This document shows, one piece after another, positions 57,314 to 64,000 of a DNA stretch of 64,000 bases. Made by a program: the position numbers and the translations under genes. This stretch comes from Corallochytrium limacisporum Hawaii (taxonomy: Eukaryota > Protista > Pluriformea), in the NCBI GenBank assembly GCA_002811645.1, contig PDIP01000126.1, forward strand, positions 62,833 to 126,832. Direction: 5' to 3'. The notes under the pieces were generated by a model. That model saw only the letters and a list, made by a program, of their open reading frames with translations. It made no database searches and was not told the origin of the DNA. Within the stretch, counting starts at the first letter, position 1; the number at the start of each line of letters is the position of its first letter.

Positions 57314-58283
57314 CGATCAGTGTGCATGCTCACGTACCAACAAATAAGGAAAACTCATGAAGACGTCTGGTAGTGTGGACAAAGTCAATGAGCACGATTG
57401 TGCACTAGTCACCATCATAGTTAGAGAGAACCCGGTGCGCCCAACCTGCGAGAGCATTACATCACTGCTGCTGCCGGGGTTCTATAGTGAATATATGAGC
57501 AAATAAAAACCTTCCATTCATGGCAGCGGAGACCGGGCAGTATCCGTGCTGATCGTCAGCCCGACAGGGTAACCAAGCCCATCAGCGGGGAAATCCATAT
57601 TTAATGTATAGAGAAATGCGCTGTAGAAAAGAAATTGTGATGTCAGAAATATCCCGGGAGCCGGCGTGGAAGAGGGAGTAAGTGCACGGTCGCGCAGCTG
57701 GGGGTTGGAGGGGGTTCTGCTCACTCGGTCATTTTACAGTACTGAATGGCCCGAAACGAGAGAGACAGAACGGGGCAAAAAAAAGATTTCTTCAAACCTG
57801 CCCCTCTTGTCGGTGTGGCCACCGGCAGACAGGTGTGTACAGGGTCAGCAGGGAACCGCTGTGACTGACCCCCAGAGTATACTGCTGCGCATAGTCTCCT
57901 GGGCGCCAAAACACAACGGGAAAAAAAAAATTACCACCGAGAGAGGAGAGAGCAAGCCGGCTTCCTGACTTTCGAGTCCCCGGGGGGGGGGGAGGCGGCT
58001 GTGACACGAGCGGGACGTTAGGGAAAAGCGGGAACTTTATCTTCAATGGTGGGCGTGGTACGCATCACAGGAGATGATACGGGGCACGGATAATACTTGT
58101 ATATATGCATGTTGGTGCCTACGTGTAAAATTTTTCATGCGATTTGGGCATCAACATCTGCAGAAATGATACCGTCCACGTATTTAAGGACCACCGAATC
58201 TCACAGATGCCGGATCAAGATCGGTAGGTAGCAACAACCAAGATACGGTAACAAGTCTTCTGTAATACACAACACAAATCAAC

Positions 58284-58427
58284 ATGTTTATGGCATTTTC
58301 TGCGATCCGTCGTCTGCGCAAGAAGAAGGGAGACAAAGATCAGAACAGCACCGAGCAACACAATGAGGCTGAAGCGGCACCAGTTCAGGCCCGTGATCCG
58401 TCACCGGAGTCCTATGAACTCAAGTGA
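58284..58427 (+). CDS. Microprotein 1 (47 aa): MFMAFSAIRRLRKKKGDKDQNSTEQHNEAEAAPVQARDPSPESYELK
   Basis: Translated by hand; absent from the ORF track. Leader cacaacacaaatcaacATG, in-frame TAA 7 codons upstream, host-like codon use, AATAAA at about 58672, and clear paralogy to the ORF at 59027. Confidence 0.7.
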   Translation: MFMAFSAIRRLRKKKGDKDQNSTEQHNEAEAAPVQARDPSPESYELK

Positions 58428-59026
58428 TTGAACCCAGACCACCTCAAGAGACCTAGTACTGTCTCTGATTTGATATGATATGTGCATGCAATGACTAGTC
58501 TATGCACGGCACATCGGATCTTCGGGCAGCACTTTAGAGAGATGATCAGTGCCCTTGTCAGTTCCCGTCAAATTCACCTGTCGAGCGAACTACGGTAATA
58601 CATGTCCACTCGGACTTGTTTGTCATTATCCGTAGTGAATATAGGGAACGAAAAGTAACCATTGTAAGAAAATAAAGAAAATCCATGTTTCAATCATACG
58701 CTGTTGCCTGTGGACACCGTATTTTCAGGCCTACTGAGGGTAGCCAGCGAGAGCCGGCCCGCCGCCCCCAGGGCCCCCCGGGGGGGGGGGCTTTTGGAAT
58801 CTTTGGTCCTAGGCAGGCCCAAGTGCGCGACGCACAGGAAACGGCCAATGCCTGTAAGGGTTGTGCCAAATGTGTACATTTGACTGTACAATAAATTACT
58901 AATACCAGTGGAAATCACATTGTACATGTATTTCATGGTCAGGATATTTGACAGAAATAGTCTCAGATCCATTTGCCAAGCCACAAGGTGAGAATCGGTA
59001 TTTCGCAACCCACGACACCAATCAAC

Positions 59027-59212
59027 ATGTACGTAGCTCTTGTCCGTCGACTGCGCAAGAAGAAGGCGGCAAAGGAGGAGGACAGCTCTCATCACGACAC
59101 TGGCACCGGATCGACACCAGTCGGGCCCTTGGGTCGTCTACGGAAGCGACGGGGTCTGGATTCAAACGATCACAAAACCACAGTGACTGAAGAGGTCGAT
59201 GTCAGTTCCTAA
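59027..59212 (+). CDS. Microprotein 2 (61 aa): MYVALVRRLRKKKAAKEEDSSHHDTGTGSTPVGPLGRLRKRRGLDSNDHKTTVTEEVDVSS
   Basis: First ATG of track ORF 58973..59212. Leader cacgacaccaatcaacATGT is 18/20 identical to that of microprotein 1. The RRLRKKK core is 23/24 nt identical with one synonymous change. AATAAA at about 59503. Confidence 0.7.
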   Translation: MYVALVRRLRKKKAAKEEDSSHHDTGTGSTPVGPLGRLRKRRGLDSNDHKTTVTEEVDVSS

Positions 59213-61394
59213 CACAATATATCCATGCTGCGACCGGTCAAGTCACGGACGGGAGCAATTAAAGGAACGTCCAGCACTCATGTCAGAATAGTTGTAATTC
59301 TCCAGCCCGCGACGAAGCACCCACGGAATGCCCCATGGTAGTCACCCCAATTCTTAATGTAGGGGGCCTCCTCAAGACCCACAATCGGATGTCAACGAAA
59401 TCGACGGAACAATCCCCGGTGAGCCCCCCTGTCGCCCGCGGGAGGTGGAGGGGAGTTGTTGGGTTGGCTGGCCGTTGGAGCTCTTTTCTTCAAAAAACCA
59501 ATAATAAATGTATTAAATTGACGGACAGCAATCTTCCACGATGAGTCACGATCTCTTCAAGCTTCCTCGCTTCTCTCATCGATTTCGGGCCATCCAGCGC
59601 TTCCAGTGTGGGAGCAAAATGCTCTACGGATGGTACCCGTGGCCTTTGAGGGCTGTAGTCAAGGCACTGATGTAACCGGCCGAAAGTACCCACACACATG
59701 TCTCTCAGCAGCGCTGCTAGCTTCCCTCTGGTCCGAAACGAATGCACAGGTTGATCAAATACAGATAGTCATGTTTGAGACGTTATCGCGCGCTGGAATC
59801 CCTAAGACTTGGACGCAGTCGAGTAAGATAAAATAAACAAGCCACCAACTTGCCAACTTAACAAGCATAGTACGGTATGGCCAAACGCAAAACGGGCGCT
59901 GAAATATGACCTATCGGGAGCATGATGGCTGGACGCACTGCTCGCCTCAATACCCTCGGTTGTGTGTGGCCCCCACGTCCCACCGGTGGTGGTGAATGTA
60001 CCGGACACCTTGCTTTCCATATATGTACACTGCAGGAAGGGGGACGGGTCGGCCTGCCTTGCCGTGCTTAAGCGGCCCCCAAGCAGCGGCTCCCGTCGGA
60101 GAGGGAGAATCCAGCCAATGTAAAAATATTTCAGTAGTGAATGTACTGGGGAGGGCGGCACGTGCCCCATTCCCTGGAAAAAAAAAACCTGTGCGCCCCA
60201 CCTCGAGACACCTGTTTCTCGTATAGAAAATGAATGGAAGTGTTTTGGCCCTTGATAGCCTTTTTTTTTTGTTCGTGCAGGAAAAGGAAAGGAGGAAAGA
60301 GGAAGAAAAAATTTCTAACACTCCCGCCAGTTTTGCTCTGAATATTAGTAATTGCATCCCACTAGGCGGTAAACATTTTCCATACAAAATAAACGGAGAG
60401 ACTTTGGGAAACCTCAAGTCGCCGCGGAGAGGGCAAGCTGTTCCCCCCTTCCACGATTTCCGGAGGCCGGGGCGGGGCCCGCGCGTGGCTGAAGAAAAAG
60501 TTACCGGAGCGCTTACGATCGGGCCACCGGGAGATGGCTGTGCACAGGGTCAGGCGGAGGGCACGGGAGTTCACACTCACGCACACGCAGGTGCCACTGG
60601 GTACGGGTGTGTACCTGCCAATACTTCTTGTGTTTGCGCACGGAGTGCTGGACTGGTACCTCTCGATTCGTTTGTTTTTGAACCGGTATGAATATAATGT
60701 GCACACCACGCCATCCATGTCCAGACTGCTGGTTGTCCGAATGCGTTCTAGAATGGCCTTTATGAACAGGGAATTCATCATGGTGGCGCGCACCGGTCGT
60801 GTGTGCACGGAGAGCGGCTTCCAATGCGACCGACACCCCACCCACACCGAAGAGGTGCAACTATGGGATCCCTACCAGCAAATGCACGACCTCGCCAAGC
60901 GAGAACATGTGCCCGTCTGCTGAGAGGGAGCAAGACAAAAAAAAAGTTTTCTTCGTTCTTCGTTGAGCCACTAGTATATTCGCTATAGAAACTGTAAAGC
61001 ATGCGTACAGGGCGATCTAACGGAACCTGCGTATTTGTTCAAGACAGTCCCGATAGAGTACCTCGCATACTGCAGGTCAGTGTGGATTATTCAGGTACCG
61101 CGACAGGCTTGGTGGCAGGCCCAGTGATTTTTATGGACGCGTATTCTAAGACGGACAATCATATTAGTGTGTTCTTCTGAGACCGTGCATTTGCAGTTTC
61201 GCTACCAGCGTGCGTATTGCTATCAGCGAATTTACAAAGCAGCAGGTATTTAAGTTCGTGGACGATGCACTACTTGACGGATTGTGATCAGACTTCAACA
61301 AGAAATTCAAAGACAAGCCACATACCACAGCGTACAACATCTACAACGACACATTACTTTGGAGTAAGAGTAAGCCTTATATCATCAGAACAGA

Positions 61395-61538
61395 ATGTTT
61401 TTCGCTATTTCTCTCGGAGTCCGTCGCATCGTCAAGCGCGCCAAGAAGATGAAGTCTGAGCACAATCAGGAGTCACCAGCGAACGAGGCGAACGAGTCCG
61501 GCATGGCTCCCCCGGCATACATGTACCACTACGCTTAA
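61395..61538 (+). CDS. Microprotein 3 (47 aa): MFFAISLGVRRIVKRAKKMKSEHNQESPANEANESGMAPPAYMYHYA
   Basis: Translated by hand; absent from the ORF track. Same hydrophobic, VRR, basic, polar layout and same length as microprotein 1. C/A-rich leader, in-frame TAA 8 codons upstream, AATAAA at about 61652. Confidence 0.62.
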   Translation: MFFAISLGVRRIVKRAKKMKSEHNQESPANEANESGMAPPAYMYHYA

Positions 61539-63299
61539 GCATCCTGAATAGCGCACATTTTCGCAACGGCATGGGATCAATATGAAGTTCCCCCTGTACA
61601 CACATAGCTTTGCATATCATCGACCATAGTCTTTTCAATACGACATTCTCAAATAAAGAATCCTATACTGGAATATAAGAATCAGGCAGGCTTACCAGGC
61701 TCGTCGAACCATTGTCTCCTGGACTATTGTCAACAGTTCTTGATGCTCTGGTTCAGGTCCGTACGAGGGCCTCTGCCGGAAACCACATGTGGTATGTGCG
61801 TCTTCACAGCCCGTGAGCAATCCACAGATACTTGGCCAAGTGCTAGAAACACTGTTGCCATATCCGCTGAAGCCCACAAAAGGGAGATAATTCAGGGAGT
61901 CACTTGCCTGGTACGTCAGATAGTCCTTGGCACGACGATCATGTCGAGCAATTCCTGGCTGTGGCCGGCGAGAAGCTGTCATATCCTTTACTGACTGAAG
62001 ATGATAGGCAACGTAAGACCTGACTCACCCAACGCTATTCGATCTATGCTACAGCGAGATTAGCGAGAGTGTTGCACAATTGTGCGGCCATAATGCCCCT
62101 CAACCAATTATGCAACCAGGCAGTTCCAGAAAATTCCACTGCGACCAGAACAGCTGCAGTTCCAACCAATACAGCGATGGCAATACTCTATGATCGTGGT
62201 TGTGTATCCTCCTGCGCAATGCTCTCACATTAGGTGTACCGTCACGGTTCTAAAAGTTTGGGTACGAACTATACCATGGTATTTCTAATGCTTCTGCGTA
62301 TGTGGAATGGAAACTTATCCCTGGTGTTCCTTGGACGGCTTCTGGCTGCCGCCTTAGCAAGTTTCAGTCGAGCACGTAGAAGTAGACATCCTTGACTGTA
62401 TCCATCCCTAAGAAATCAAACGAAAGAGGAAAGGCATTCATCTGTACCTCGTACCTGAAACCCTGTTGTATGCAATTCATTTACGGTGGGGCTCCGAGCG
62501 TTCTTGTTCTATTGTTCGTAGTCCAAATACGAGATCTCTCGCCCACAGCGATGGAACACTCTTCGTTACACGACAATCTTGCACTACTTGGGACCGTTCC
62601 ATTGTACGATTGACCAACTGCAGCAGACATGGAGGAATACCTTCCTTATTCGGAGGGGGTTAGCGGTTGTTGACCATGTCGATGGGAAGCTATACATGTT
62701 TGTTTCACCTAGGGGACACAGTAGAGGACTCCTTACAGGGCTTGTCCATGTCTCGCCTTGACTAACTACGCGACATGGTACTCCCAAATATATCTAGATT
62801 AGAAGGAGAATAGAACCGACAGACCCCACCTTGTCTTTAATATCCCCGTACTGTGGAATTTGTGGGAGGCAACACTGCCAACACATACGCGCCAGGGAGG
62901 TTCGTTGTCTACCGTCCCTGCTCTTTCGGTAGTAAAACTAATGCGAGGTTTATCTTCTTGGATCCAAGAAAGAAAATTTCTTTGGGAATGTGACCACCGT
63001 GAATGCAACCCATAGAACAGGTCCCCTTTGGACTGATCCATTGTGCTATGGGACAGTTGCACCAAGAAGTTGAGGAAGACTTTCCGAATATAGCAACTAT
63101 TCAGTCCCGTAAAGGCGAAATCCCGTACCAGCTAGGGACAACCATTCCGCGAAACGTCAGTTCGTCCACGGGGGTCCACCTCATGGGCATGGAAGCGAAT
63201 CCTGAAGACGATTTCAGGGTTCTCCGTCTCCGAAACACACCCTGAATCCGTCCCAAACCGGCATGCAGTGAAGTGTTTGCTGCCGAGAGAAAGGATATG

Positions 63300-63556
63300 G
63301 AGAAACACGGAGAGAGACGAGACAGAAAGAGAGCCAAAGTGACACACACAGTCCAAAACACAGGAACAGAGAGCCAGAATGACAGAGAGACAGAGAGACT
63401 GAGATACACACGGAAAGACGGAGACACACACGGAGAGACACACACAGAGACAAAGAGACACACACAGAGACAAAGAGACACACAGAGTGACACAGAGACA
63501 CACGGAGAGACGGAGAGTCACACAGAGAGACAAAGAGACAGAGAAACAGAGACAAA
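63300..63556. repeat. Degenerate (GA)/(CA) compound microsatellite (ACACAGAGAC-like units)
   Basis: Nearly T-free A/C/G repeat that explains the stacked CV/SL-rich ORFs. Confidence 0.9.
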
Positions 63557-64000
63557 ATAGAGATGTGTCTGCAGACGACCGTAGACTGAAGTTGAGGCCC
63601 CTACCACCCTTTGGGAAGGGGGGGGCATAAACCTACTGGCATACAAAGGGTATATGGGAGTCTTGCGGTAATTCTCAATACGTAGTATACTTCCTTATCC
63701 TTTGAGAGCAGGGGTGTCGGAAGAAGAGGTTGTCTTAAGATCAGGCCAACTTGCCACGAACCGCCCAAATCTTCCTGTGAAGAGTGTTTTTTTTTCTTTT
63801 TCTAAAAAAAAAAGAAGGAGCTATTCCCTCAATTAAATATCTATTTGAGATGCGCACCATCGCCACCACCGTATTACACACTTTGCTTCACCGACTATAA
63901 TCTCTGTCACCGCGGGATCGGGGATGTACATCAGTTGTGCGCTCCTGGTTCGTGGCGCGGCAGGGGAGGACGAGGGAGGGGGTTCAGTCGCAGGGGGGGG

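Noticed and set aside
62579-62761. YLGPF motif resembling a retrotransposon integrase GPY/F tail
   Set aside because: No integrase core, reverse transcriptase or LTR nearby.

Overview
Eukaryotic nuclear DNA from a draft assembly with five N-gaps, read with the standard genetic code (TAA, TAG and TGA all used as stops). Seven clear protein genes are each one uninterrupted ORF: a six-finger C2H2 transcription factor (-), REV3/pol zeta (-, 2682 aa), a DRP1/DNM1L dynamin (+), a bacterial-type LMW-PTP-fold arsenate reductase (+), Rab8 (-), an Atos/FAM214 homologue (+) and a fungal-type FUSC/ArAE membrane protein (-). Animal-like Rab8, DRP1, Atos and REV3, a fungal-type transporter and the lack of coding introns suggest an intron-poor unicellular holozoan such as Corallochytrium (inference only). 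Intergenic DNA carries islands of homopolymer and microsatellite tracts with a recurrent C(n)G(n) palindrome. The best candidate for something undescribed is a cluster of three related microprotein genes (47, 61 and 47 aa) at 58.3-61.5 kb, two of them below the ORF-track cutoff. They share a short hydrophobic N-terminus followed by a polybasic (V/I)RR..K motif, C/A-rich leaders and downstream AATAAA. The cyanobacterial-type (CxC) ArsC, a likely horizontal acquisition, is the second highlight. No tRNA, rRNA, CRISPR array or intact mobile element was recognised. All homology calls are from motif recognition, not database searches.
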